A stretch of DNA of 64,000 bases from Nitrospirales bacterium. Its GTDB lineage: Bacteria; Nitrospirota; Nitrospiria; Nitrospirales; UBA8639. This document shows positions 1-10,404 of the stretch, piece by piece. Below the pieces are notes generated by a model. That model had not been told where the DNA came from. It did no database searches and worked only from the letters and a program-made list of their open reading frames with translations. Numbering within the stretch: position 1 is the stretch's first letter; each line of letters starts with the position of its first letter. The stretch is from assembly GCA_965203295.1 (NCBI GenBank), contig CBDBCZ010000015.1, positions 864,001 through 928,000 on the forward strand, written 5' to 3'. Made by a program: the position numbers and the translations under genes.

Positions 1-100
1 AACTTGCTTGCTGTGCTCACTCTATAATTATATAGATAAAAAGGCAAACCGTTAACCTTGGTTTATGAGCGCTGCTACGTACGTACATTACGTACGTATA

Positions 101-701
101 CCGTATAGTCGGAAAAATTGGCGAGAATTAAATTTGGCGAAATCGCCAAAAACGGCTAAAATTAAATACTGGCAAAATTTAAATTTGGTGATTGTGTGCG
201 GTGAAGACTATGATGTAATCTTCAATTAATTTTGGCAATTTATATTGGCGTATTACGTAATCCGAGGCGCACAACGTGCAACGCTGCTGAACATGTAAAG
301 TTTTTTGTCACTGAGCTTGACAATGGAGACGTTGGGTTCGCCGATCTTACTATCCAAAAGCTTTGAGAAGTGTGTAGCGGCCTTTGCCGCTCCGTTGTCA
401 GTGGCATACTTTCCAATTTGTGCCCTTTCTTGCGTTTAAATGTTTAATGTACTTGCCTCGAGGTGACCGTGTGATAGGCTTCAAGTCTCCAGATAGAGAG
501 CGCTTTACAGCTTTGTTCGCGAGTTCGATATTCTTCCCAGACAGAGAGGAAACATGTACGTGGAGTGGTAACAACTTCTTTCTTGTGAATGCGTGTGTGG
601 GTGTTACACGTTATATAATGCGTAAGAATTTAATTTGCCAATTTTTTATGATTCGCCAAACCGCCAAATTAAAGTCCTCGCCAAATTTTCCGACTATACG
701 G
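101..701 (-). mobile_element. Tc1/mariner (pogo-like) MITE with transposase N-terminal remnant
   Basis: TIRs CCGTATAGTCGGAAAAATTGGCGAG / CTCGCCAAATTTTCCGACTATACGG with TA on both sides (99-100, 702-703). The minus strand reads IELANKAVKRSL...PRGKY, then after a frameshift ERAQIGKYATDNGAAKAATHFSKLL, resembling pogo-type transposase N-termini. Confidence 0.88.
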
Positions 702-973
702 TATGTGAGCTTTAATGTGACTCAAGCTTGTTCTTTATGGGACTGCATGGGTTGAATGGGGTTGACTTACTTTTTCAAAAGCGCTTCACAAGCAGAAACC
801 AACAATATCTTGTGTATTGATAACAGACTTGGCCAAATCTGGACCAAACTTGTACTAGACTACATTTTTGTTATTTTGGCAGGAAAAAGCTACCTCACAT
901 TGAAAATTTGATAGATGTGAGTTAAACTGTATGTGTACAACAGCTCATCCTATACTGTATCATGGAAGATATA

Positions 974-1161
974 CTGTAGATTGGGAAATTTTCTTTGTTA
1001 ATACATTTGTGTCGGTACCCTACGATGATGAAAATAAAAAAACGCTAATTTTTATGAACACCGAACATGACCTATAAAGCTACACTTCTGGTGTGTCAAA
1101 GCGATAAAATGAAGTTTAACAGATGATTATTTTTTACGAGTGAATTTTTTTTGATCTACGG
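974..1161. mobile_element. Degenerate TA-flanked MITE
   Basis: TA-CTGTAGATTGGGAAATTTTC ... GAATTTTTTTTGATCTACGG-TA: imperfect TIRs of the same CCGTA/CTGTA type. Confidence 0.65.
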
Positions 1162-1194
1162 TACCAGTCAAGTATGTGACATTATGTAGTGTAC

Positions 1195-1375
1195 TAGTCT
1201 CAACCCCAGACCCTCCCTGCACTTGCAAAAAAAAAAATGGAAGGAAAATGCGGAAATATATTCAACCCTCACTGAGTACAAAGTATTCTGTATCAGACCC
1301 TCTTCCGCACTTTCCTTCCGTTTTTTTTTTTGTTTTTTTTTGGCGAATGCAGGTAGGGTCTGGTGGCTGAGACTA
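1195..1375. mobile_element. Palindromic TAGTCTC...GAGACTA MITE with 9-bp TSD
   Basis: Ends TAGTCTCAACCCCAGACCCT / AGGGTCTGGTGGCTGAGACTA; perfect flanking direct repeat GTAGTGTAC (1186-1194, 1376-1384). Confidence 0.88.
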
Positions 1376-2508
1376 GTAGTGTACATACATGTACACATGT
1401 CTCATATTGACATGCTCATCTGCAATTCATGACGTTTAAACAGCGTACAGTCACAAATCTGGTGACGTATACTCCAATCGTACAGAATATTAGTTATAGT
1501 TCCCTGCTTTTTTTTTCAGGATATGGTGAAGCTGAGTGAGAAGTTGCTAGAGGTTTGTAGCACGTTGATCCAGGCAAAAACCACAGTGTGGATAAGCTCT
1601 GCAGGGGTCTCACCAGACTAACCAATAGCAGGTTGGCGTGTTTTTTTGGCAATTTCATAGAAACGTGTCTATACACAGTCATTCTACGCACCTGTTCCTT
1701 TCCTTTGGGTACTCGTGTGTGTATTGAATTGGTATTTGATTCCTCCTATTGTAGCAACTTCAGCTCTATCATGGTACCCCTGCAGTCATCTCTTACAGTG
1801 ACGTTGCCAATTGGGCATGCCAGCAACCAACCAAGCCATAATCCCCCAGGACAGCTATATTTGTTTCTTTTTTTGTGGAAAACTATTTCAGAAGCTTCTG
1901 GGAGAGTGTACAAACCATACTACATTAGCTACTATGTGTGAATTAAGCAATTTAATGCACACTCATGTGATCGATTTTGAGACTTCTGATCTGTTGAAGG
2001 TCACATGAGTAGAATTAAGTGTTGCTTATGGTCGGAAAATAGTACAGACATGTATTATGGCAAGATAGCCACTATGGACAGAATTTGTAATTTTGCTGAA
2101 ACACTTAACTTCGTCTAGTGTAGCAATATGTACATTGATTGTATCTTTGTAACTTAGAACATTCTTGTAACTCATGCCATGAGCCCGTCTTCGTGTCTAG
2201 CTATTCACCCATGTACTTGTGGCTTTTGAAAGTTACTCTTGTTGGCCTGATGCTGTAGTTCTCTCACTTTTGAATTAGAGGTTAAGTGTCTTGTGGGGTA
2301 GGGCTAGGATAGGGGTGGCAAAAGCATTTTAGTGGTCTGACCTTACAGAGGCCTAATTTCCAAATGAAGCGCAGGAATTTGTTTTTCAAAAGTCAGTCTG
2401 GTACCATAACGATCAGCTGCTTGGAAGAGTAGTAACTTAGATATCTGTGCAGGTGACTGACCATATGCTTATTGATTGTTTATATGCTTGCTTGTCTTGA
2501 CTCCACAG

Positions 2509-2594
2509 TTGGTGATGGTCGCTTGGGATATCCTGATAAGGCTCCCTATGATGCCATACATGTTGGAGCTGCAGCTGCAGTTGTCCCTGAAGCA
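2509..2594 (+). CDS. PCMT1: Protein-L-isoaspartate O-methyltransferase, internal exon
   Basis: ccacag|...|gtaagt boundaries; translates (V)[28 protein letters not shown], the PIMT motif GDGRxG...[12 protein letters not shown]. Confidence 0.96.
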
Positions 2595-2630
2595 GTAAGT
2601 TGATTGCAGATGGGTATTAGAAATCTAGTA

Positions 2631-3612
2631 CCGTATTTCCGCGAACAGACGCCGCCCTCATTTAGTAGCTGCTCTCGAATTGTAACTGTACCTCCAGAAG
2701 TGCTGAACGAAATAGTGACCGCCTTCGATTAGTGGTCGGGATTCAAGTACTCAAGAATAAGCATCAAGGTACCATAACTACAGCATGAATAGAGTAACAC
2801 TTTACTTTGCTAGCTAGCACCTTGTCTTCTTTGAGGTCTGCGAAGGGATCGGAGCCCTACGGAGACTACCTGTGAATCTATAATTCAATATCTCTGCCAA
2901 AAAATAGCTGGCATTGTATGGCTTTTCGATAGTGTTGAGGCATTAATCAAACAGATTGGGACTGCCGTTGTGCATTACTGTCTAGCTGCTCAATAAACGC
3001 CGCCCTCGATTAATGGCCGCCCTTGAATAGTGGCCGCAGAAATCACGTGATGAAAATACCGTAATGGTACAATATTTTGCGTGAACTTTACTTTTGTGAG
3101 TCCTTACAGCATCGCAAATATAAGATCGCAAACATTAAACAATAATTTGTGAGTGTGGTTTTTAGTGGGTGCGGTTAACGAACATCGAATCAATAGCTGT
3201 CCCAGGAGAAGCAGCAGTAGGCCTAATGGATGGCCTTAAACAACAGCGAAGGTGGTAGGTAAAGTTTATACTTCTACAGCAGCAGCTATTTCAAGATGAG
3301 TATTCTACTCGATTTCACTACGAGCCCCAGCCGCGAGGACACTGCAATCTTAGCGGTGGCAACTCGCGAAGCGAACGAGAGTGTGAAGCGTGCGTTGGAG
3401 AAGCAAACCAGCCAACAGAAGGCCAAGAAGTATATTAAAGGTACATAACCACTTTGGCCGAGAATGGGAATGCCGCCGCCACAATCGCAAAGATAAGATC
3501 GCAAAGTAATTGAATTAGCCGCAAAATGGCAAAATCGCAAAGGTTTCTCACACGCACAATATTGTAGCATTACGGTAATCAGTAACCGCGGCGTCTGATC
3601 ACGGAAATAAGG
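2631..3612. mobile_element. TA-flanked MITE (outer) in PCMT1 intron
   Basis: TIRs CCGTATTTCCGCGAACAGACGCCGC / GCGGCGTCTGATCACGGAAATAAGG, TA flanks, and internal subterminal repeats (GCCGCCCTCGAxTAG-like). Confidence 0.82.
3059..3575 (+). mobile_element. TA-flanked pogo-like MITE nested inside the outer MITE
   Basis: TIRs CCGTAATGGTACAATATTTTGCGTG / CACGCACAATATTGTAGCATTACGG with TA duplicated. The internal remnant reads ATREANESVKRALEKQ...AENGNAAA. Confidence 0.88.
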
Positions 3613-3977
3613 TAATTGATGTAGAAATTGGTGAATGTTGAAAGTACACTGAAATATTGTTCCACCTTGATTGTGTAAATAGTATAGCTGATGCTACACG
3701 TACGTGAGATATTGAGTATTGCATATGTGGCCGTCCCATGTAGTTTTCAAACATTATTTCATCGCCTGTTTCAATCATGCTGGATCACTGAACTTCTATT
3801 AAGGGTGTGGCTCAAACAAACTGCAACTATGCCCCACATAAGAGCCTACCCTTAATGGAGGTTCAGAGATTACAGAGCGCTGAATGCAGTGATGTGATTG
3901 AAATACATAGTTTTATTTCTACACATGTACACATGTACGGGATATCGTTCTTCATTGCATCCATTACATGTACGTAG

Positions 3978-4146
3978 CTACATGACCAGCTGAAACCTGG
4001 AGGTCGCCTCGTTGTTCCTGTTGGGCCGGAAGGAGGCTCCCAAACTCTTGAACAGCATGACAAGCTCAAGGATGGATCAATCAGGAAGAAGAAGCTGATG
4101 GGTGTCATATACGTACCTCTTACTAGCAAAGAAAACCAATTGCCTC
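3978..4146 (+). CDS. PCMT1: Protein-L-isoaspartate O-methyltransferase, penultimate coding exon
   Basis: cgtag|...|gtaagt boundaries; [56 protein letters not shown], in phase with the previous exon. Confidence 0.96.
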
Positions 4147-4618
4147 GTAAGTTACGTATGACTCCTGGTATGGTATGTTTGGCCAGCCTGCATGTATTTT
4201 GACAAAAGTACATGTAGCAGTGCGTTTCTAGACCACACACTGGCTTAAGGATGGCCATTTTCCCCAGGATGTTTTGAGTCTTGTGTTTGCTGTTTTCGTA
4301 TGGGTGTATACTACTAGTCCTTTGGCGATGCATGGTTGTCATGGGTGAGCGTGAGTGATAAAAGCTGGGGCAGCAAATCCTGTGCAGGTACTTGTAGTTG
4401 TAGCATGGCAGCCATACAAATCTAAAGCACTGCCTACAGTTTGTAAAGTGTAGAAGTGTTCCAGGTAAAGTTTGCCCTTGGGACCATTACTGAAACTGTC
4501 TCATGTATTGCTGGTTTACCTGGAACTGTCTCCTGATTACTGGTAAAAGTGTCTAGGGGATGGTTTAGCTATAACATATTGTGTATATATAGTAACACAC
4601 TTGATTATTTCTATGTAG

Positions 4619-4629
4619 GTTGGAAGTGA
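4619..4629 (+). CDS. PCMT1: PCMT1 terminal coding micro-segment (R)WK-stop
   Basis: ctatgtag|GT TGG AAG TGA completes the split codon C|GT (Arg) and gives an RWK* C-terminus, as in the vertebrate main isoform. Confidence 0.85.
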
Positions 4630-4985
4630 AATGAACATGTCAGATACATTTGCCTTTATCATCTGATAAGTGATATTGTTTTACCTATGTTCTTTTATTG
4701 CTGTAGTTGAATGCTGTATGTGAATGCTTTCTATGTATGTTGTTACCTTTCACTTGGACACAAGAGTTCAGAAGTAAAATGCGGGCATGCCAGGCACTAA
4801 TTGCATTCATGCAGGGTTAGGGATGGGGGTTTAGAATCAAGCTCTGTTGTGTCATTGCTACCTTGTTTGGTTACTTTTTTGCGATTCCATCCCTACATGC
4901 TCTTTCATTTTTAAATGATTTCTTTAAAACTTTTATTATTCAGTGTGCTATAATGCTACAAAACATTTACTACCATCTCAATGGT

Positions 4986-5083
4986 TAGTCTCGGTACCAG
5001 CCCACCTATCAAGTCGGAGATCGCTTAGTGGCGGGATACTGTAAGCGATCTCTGACTTGATAGGTGGGCTGGTACTGAGACTA
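4986..5083. mobile_element. Fold-back TAGTCTC...GAGACTA MITE with 9-bp TSD
   Basis: 42-bp arms with 2 mismatches and a 14-nt loop; perfect TSD CTCAATGGT (4977-4985, 5084-5092). Confidence 0.92.
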
Positions 5084-5193
5084 CTCAATGGTATACATCC
5101 CACCATCCAGTTCACAGTTGAAGAGAAGGAAAAGGTACTCCTGTTTCTGAATACCAAATCTATTTGAGAATAAATAAGAATACTGGGCATAAC

Positions 5194-5257
5194 TAGCCTT
5201 GTACCCAGGCCTTCCCCGCACTTTCGCGAGTGCAGGGAAGGCCTGGGTATGAGGCTA
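5194..5257. mobile_element. Palindromic TAGCCT...AGGCTA mini-MITE
   Basis: TAGCCTTGTACCCAGGCCTTCCC / GGGAAGGCCTGGGTATGAGGCTA arms; degenerate 9-bp flanks GGGCATAAC / GGGCTTCCC. Confidence 0.8.
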
Positions 5258-5351
5258 GGGCTTCCCTTCTAGGAGCTGAGTAGGCTAGACTAATCCCGAA
5301 GACTTTGAATTCTTTGCTTTTGGTTTGGCCTGTAGCTACTGTATTGATGTC

Positions 5352-5393
5352 TGCCCTGATGAAGACAGCAGCACAGCAGTTAAAAAGTCAGCA
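5352..5393 (+). ncRNA. Degenerate minimal type I hammerhead ribozyme of a Penelope-like element (probably inactive)
   Basis: TGCC-CTGATGA-A-GAC(agcagcacagca)GTT-AAAA-A-GTC-AGCA: CUGAUGA core, helix II, GUC site and helix I are present, but the GAAA box reads AAAA. Confidence 0.65.
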
Positions 5394-5658
5394 TTCCTTT
5401 GACAATGAAAGTTTTGAGACGCCAAATTCATGGTTGGTGGAAAGAGAACTCCGATCAATATATAAATGCTACCTGGCTTATCGTTTAGACTGCTCGGTTA
5501 TGATGGATTATAGTACTCTACTGTCTATGCTTGTAAATAATTTTCCCTTGGAGCATGGAACCTAGATCTTTGGAAGCCCTTCTATCAACATAGCAATAAC
5601 TGCTATCTAATGCTGGTTAAGGAATCTGGTTCATAGTATTAGTACTAGTATAGGAAGA

Positions 5659-5697
5659 TAGTCTCGTGAGCCAGCCCCTCGCTGGCTCGCGAGACTA
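5659..5697. mobile_element. 39-bp minimal TAGTCTC...GAGACTA hairpin element
   Basis: TAGTCTCGTGAGCCAGC-CCCTC-GCTGGCTCGCGAGACTA; 9-bp flanks ATAGGAAGA / TGAGGAAGA (7 of 9 identical). Confidence 0.8.
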
Positions 5698-5867
5698 TGA
5701 GGAAGACAGGTATCAGTGACATGCCTTTGCTAATCTTAACAACTTCACAACCAAGTGCCAAAAAGAGAACCTGAGCAATTACTTTACTAACCTTTTAATA
5801 AGCAGGTGATCTGTAGTTTGGCAACTCTAGCTGAGATGCTGATAACAGAATGAGAATTGTACATACA

Positions 5868-5986
5868 TAGCGGTACGGGATCCCCGTACCGCTAGCGAAA
5901 TAGGGCCCGTGGGGGTCCTCACATCGCTAGCGTTTTTGGGACGGGGTCCCCATATCGCGGGGGTCCCCAAATCGCGCTTACACCGG
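5868..5986. repeat. GC-rich palindrome/short-repeat block, probable DNA-transposon end
   Basis: 12-bp-arm palindrome TAGCGGTACGGG-ATC-CCCGTACCGCTA, then repeated GGGGTCCCCAxATCGC motifs ending in ACACCGG. Confidence 0.5.
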
Positions 5987-6351
5987 CGCCAGATTCTATA
6001 TGCGCTTAGTGGGCGGGGCTGAGATCATAAATGCAATACCATGCATAACCATTGATTATTGTAGCTATGCTGGGATTAACTACAAGCGCATATGCGCCAC
6101 ATGTGACTTCGTGCGCGGCGCGTAACGCTGAGCGCTGCTGCGAGAACTCGGAACTACGTGGGGCTCGCGAAGAGCTAGCTACACCAGACTGCGCTTATAT
6201 CTACCTTTCAACCACAGTTGCGATGTCTGAAAAGTGGGAGTGCGCCCATAATTTGGCGATGTCGAATGCCAGAGACAGTGCTGGAAAATTCTGCCTGGAC
6301 TGGTGAGCTATATGTTGTAGCTGCATGAGAACTATGACAGTAGGCATTCTG

Positions 6352-6575
6352 CCCTAGCAAGATTTCTCATCTTGCAACAAAAATCTTGCAGGATGGTAGG
6401 CATTAAAATCTTGTGTGAATTCTTGCAAGGCTCATAGGGAAGTCCTGCAAGATTAGCCTCAAGTATCGAGACTACTGCAAGATCTGGTGTAAGAACCTTG
6501 CAAAGCGTTTGTCAGATTCCTCATAATTGTCTTGCATAAGTTTAGTAATTAATCGTAAAGAAAAATTGCAGGAAT
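6352..6575. repeat. CTTGCAAG/TGCAAGAT motif cluster, probable transposon subterminal region
   Basis: Multiple copies of TCTTGCA / TGCAAGA in both orientations, starting at CCCTAGCAAGAT. Confidence 0.45.
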
Positions 6576-6756
6576 GCGTGTAATTATAGTAATACAAGTC
6601 AGAATATACATCGTAATAAAATACATGTAACGTTGCCTTATGATCCTGGCTATCTTGATTCCAGTTGCTCCGAATAACAATAGATGTAATATATAATATT
6701 TCTATTAACTAGCAAGTGCATGTAACTACCAAAACCAGAGATTGCATTATGTGCTT

Positions 6757-7130
6757 GCTCTAGTTTGGTGCTTACTATGGAAACATGTGTAGTACTATGA
6801 GTCACTTCTGTAGCTTTTGCAGAAAAGGAAACACTTTGTTTAATTACTAACGTGCAATTACCTTGGATTGACTCTACTCTATGGAATAGTAAGCATTCTA
6901 CAGTTTGTATTTCCCACATGAGCTGGTGTTTGGGTGATTTCTGCATTAAATAGTTGCTCTGGCTTGGTGCTCTGTATGTGGACTTGTGTAGTGCTATGGG
7001 TCACTTTTGTAGTTTCTGCAAAAAAGGGGAACAATTTATTACATTTTGAACATGCAGCTACCTTAGAATAACTCTACTGAATGTAATAAGAAGTAGTCTA
7101 CAGCTTAATTTTCCCATATGAACTGGTTTG
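6757..7130. repeat. Old diverged tandem duplication, ~200-bp period
   Basis: TTGGTGCT...TGTGTAGTACTATGAGTCACTT...CTACAG...TTTCCCACATGAGCTGGT at ~6765 recurs with many substitutions at ~6964. Confidence 0.75.
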
Positions 7131-7431
7131 CCAGCTAATTGCTCCACAGTTTGTAGAACAGACTATCACAGTTGCCCAGCAACCCTCATGTACCCTAGGG
7201 TATATGGATGCGCATACCCTGGCTTGAAAGGCACTGCCAAAGTAGATGGGGTTTGTACACTGTGGTGGTGCCTTCCAAGTGACTAGAACTATGCAAATGT
7301 AGGTCTGTTGCTTTGCAGCTTGTGTGTATCCCAATGTAGCCCAGCAAAAGCTTAGAGTAACACTGGAACTCTTGAAAGACCACCTCTATGGGTGACTTGT
7401 TGGTTTATAATTACTAAACAACATACTCATG

Positions 7432-7583
7432 TATTAAAATGCACACATACATCGTGTGGAAGTTATTAAATTGTGCGTTTGACCAGTCGTCTGTTTGATT
7501 CAAAAACTGCGAACTAGACATTTCTCTATACCCTTGTCACTTTCTTTGTACGGTATATGCTCTTGTTTGTTCCGCTCTTAGCA
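7432..7583 (+). repeat. Dispersed duplicate block, copy 1 (partner 10069-10222)
   Basis: TATTAAAATGCAC...TTTGACCAGTCGTCTGTTTGATTCAAAAACTGCGAACTAGACATTTC...GCTCTTAGCA is near-identical at both loci. Confidence 0.9.
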
Positions 7584-7704
7584 TGTAGCTGTAATCATGT
7601 GGCAACTGACTTGTTTAGCTCAGTTTCTCTTTGTAAATGTATGTACATACCCTCTTATGACCATACATATTCACTAGCGCATCACAGAACCTTAAGTTTG
7701 AATG

Positions 7705-7952
7705 CTCAAAAGGTGTTCTTAAAAGTAATAAAACGGGAGGTAATGATGGACTAGTTGGGGAGTTTTTTAAAGTACGGGGAGAAAAGAATGGCTAATCTGT
7801 TGATAGTCTTATATGAGGTAGTTTGGATAAGGGAGAGTATTTCCAAACATCAGAGACAAGGGTTGATTATTAGCTTTTATAGAAAGGTGATGCTGAGGAC
7901 CCAGGTAATTCCAGAGGCATTACACTATTGAATGTGGTCGGAAAGCTATTTT
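7705..7952 (+). mobile_element. Non-LTR retrotransposon (LINE) RT fragment, copy 1
   Basis: Frameshifted translation LKSNKTGGNDGLVGE..KYG..MANLL..LYEVVW...QGLIIS..KGDAEDPGNSRGITLLNVVGKLF, the N-terminal part of a LINE RT. Confidence 0.88.
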
Positions 7953-9429
7953 GACCCTAGCGATATTAGGACAAGTTATGCATGTAATGCATAGGCATAG
8001 GAGATGGCTGACTCAGCCAAGCAGATCAGCTCCGTTTATATTCCTTATCAGGAAAGTCACAAATGTCTATCGCTAATTGCTGCTATTGTTACTGCTAACT
8101 GCAGCACTTATCTTGAACTAGGCAGTGTGTACAGTAGCTGTGTCTTCACATTGTACAGGTGGAACTATTGACTCCTTCCCAGCATATTTGACTAGGCAGT
8201 GTGTACAGTAGCTGTGTTTCACATTGTACAGGTGGAACTATTGACTCCTTCCCAGCATATTTGACGATACCCCCAATATCCCAGCTTGACCCAGGGAGTT
8301 GTGCATTGGTGTGGAATGGGTGGGTGAGAACATCAACGTAATAGTACGTAGTTGATGGCTTGTGAATGATGAACTGCATAATAAACCACGCAGGATGATA
8401 TTCTTCTTGAAGTTCAGATCCAGAACACCACTACAGGTCCAATGTACTCAGAAGTTGTAAAGTTTGACCCTGCTGCGGGCTTTGAAGCTGTTAATCTCAA
8501 CAAGCTTGAAAATAAAGAGGAAGAGTAAGTCCATTTGAAATGTAAAAATAAAGCACACCAGTTTGTTCGTAGGTGCAATAGTATACAATGTACGTAGTTG
8601 GCTAAACACTTTCACAGAATCAGGTATTGGATTCCTGGTAGCTAGTGTCGACCAGCAGCTGAGAACAATGCTGGATCATAACTCACAGTTAGCTGAAACT
8701 TGGAATTAACAGGTGTCACTTTATTGAACCAATAAGTGGGTAACTGGGTCTGAAGGAATCTCTATCAAACAGCTGCTGATCCGTGGTAATGACAATACCA
8801 ATATCTGTCAACAGCATGAGTGCATTTAATAGTTTATATATATATAAATGCACTCTTGGAAAACAGTCATGTTGATGTGCAATCACAGAGGTAGTTGGAC
8901 ATGTAGTGCAATGATGATCTTGTCATTATCAATAACCACTGGGGAACCTTAGCCTACCCTGGCAACTGGGCTGGAGAAAATTAGTGTGTCTGGCTTCAGT
9001 GTCTGGCAGTTGGGTGTTGCTAACTTTTGGGTTGACTTAGGAAATCATGTTTATCAGTAGTTTTTCTATTGTAATTGAAGGATTAGGAGACCAGAGAAAA
9101 GCTAAACTACAGTAGAGCCTTAGTTCACTTTTAATTCATGGAGGCTTTCCTGGTGTGAGTCAAATTAAGAGCTGTATGTAGCTGCTGGTCAGCTCTAGGT
9201 GCTACACACACCATCACCGCACTCACAAAGCCCAAATAGCTGTCAGTGTTTCAGTTCTTTGTACTTTACTTATGATAGTATGTTTGTATACTTACAGAGC
9301 ATTGGCCCTATTACATTCGTGGACATGCTTTCAAATCAGAAGAAATGCATTAGTAGGATTGGACAGGTATTTGTAGGACACTTACCAAATGGTACTTTGA
9401 CACAAGTCTTTTTGCATCTTACCTCCTAG
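7953..9429 (+). pseudogene. TRAPPC13: TRAPPC13 partial copy A (3' exons, disrupted)
   Basis: Exon-5 start VELLTPSQHI occurs twice (8159, 8232), each followed by TGA, then frameshifted LTIPPISQLDPG. Exon 8394-8524 reads DDILLEVQIQNTTTGPMYSEVVKFDPAAGFEAVNLN. A remnant GISIKQL lies at ~8755. The last exon, 9298-9429, reads SIGPITFVDMLSNQKKCISRIGQVFV...*. Several intervening exons are absent. Confidence 0.85.
8117..8263 (+). repeat. 74/73-bp tandem duplication spanning a splice acceptor
   Basis: ACTAGGCAGTGTGTACAGTAGCTGTGT...CCCAGCATATTTG twice (8117-8190, 8191-8263), differing by a 1-bp indel. Confidence 0.95.
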
Positions 9430-10068
9430 TTATATTTGTTTGTTCACACAGTTGTGTAAACAAGTGTACATTTGTCATGGAAGTAGATTGAGTGTCACCT
9501 GTGCATGGGCTGTGGGGCATGGGTGGGGTGGGGTGACAACTTGCTCTGGCCTACACTTGTACTTTTCTTGTCTCTGTTGAGGGCACGTGGTAACTTCAGT
9601 GGTAGTCACAGAATCAAACCCATTACTTTCAGTATCAGCATGGCATGTGGAAGAGTGTCAGCATCAGGCTATCAGCACATGTCTCTTCCACATGCCAATA
9701 CTGTAAGTGATGGATGCTGTAGAATGTAAGTGGGCTGGCTTGTGAAACTGCTTTAGTGAACCAGACGCTATGAATATTCCACAGTTGTACAATATTCCAC
9801 AGTTGTACATTTTCAATTGCAAGGCCTTTCATATAAGAAACACTCCTTTGCCCATTACAATCTGTTACACAATAAAGTTTTGAGCTTTGCAAACCTCTAC
9901 CACGCAGGTCAGTGCTATTTCAAATTTCTATACTGACATAAATGCAGTCTGTTGCAGTCAGGAAACTACATCAAACTGGCGTGTGAGTGGCATGATTGTG
10001 TAGCTACTGTTGTAGGGTTAAGGTGCCCCTCCTGTTTCCATAAACTTGGCATGATATAATTATTGATC

Positions 10069-10222
10069 TATTAAAATGCACAAATAGATCTATAGTGTGG
10101 AAGTTATTAAAGTGTACTTTGACCAGTCGTCTGTTTGATTCAAAAACTGCGAACTAGACATTTCACTATACCCTTGTCACTTTCTTTGTACGTATATGCT
10201 CTTGTTTGTCCAGCTCTTAGCA
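10069..10222 (+). repeat. Dispersed duplicate block, copy 2 (partner 7432-7583)
   Basis: Direct sequence match to 7432-7583. Confidence 0.9.
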
Positions 10223-10404
10223 CAATGGTATTATCGTTGGTAGTACGGGGACATACACCTCTCATGCTCAAATCAACCCTTCAGGGTTATTGACGTTAAT
10301 TGACCGTAGTAATGGTATAGACGCACAAATAACAGATATTCCTTCAGGATCATTTATGTTCATTGACAGATATTCAACGCGAGTTAGTAGGTACATATGC
10401 AGAA

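Larger units (their letters stand above)
4955..5490 (+). mobile_element. Decayed Penelope-like retroelement (RT fragment plus pseudo-LTR)
   Basis: Removing the MITE and one TSD gives LQNIYYHLNG-IHPTIQFTVEEKEKVLLFLNT, matching the PLE RT motif HLNxIHPxIQFTxE...LPFLD. A hammerhead-like motif follows at 5352-5393. Confidence 0.72.

Noticed and set aside
384..755. 123-aa plus-strand ORF
   Set aside because: It lies antisense to the transposase remnant within the MITE and crosses its TIR.
1520..1552. Possible upstream PCMT1 exon (tttcag|GATATGGTG...GAG|gtttgt)
   Set aside because: No frame resembles the expected GKVIGIDHI...LV segment; earlier PCMT1 exons are probably outside the window.
3863..4342. 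159-aa minus-strand ORF
   Set aside because: Antisense shadow of the PCMT1 exon at 3978-4146.
6223..6302. TRAPPC13 exon 1
   Set aside because: Poor match to the expected HLLALK motif and the wrong phase (2, where exon 2 needs 1).
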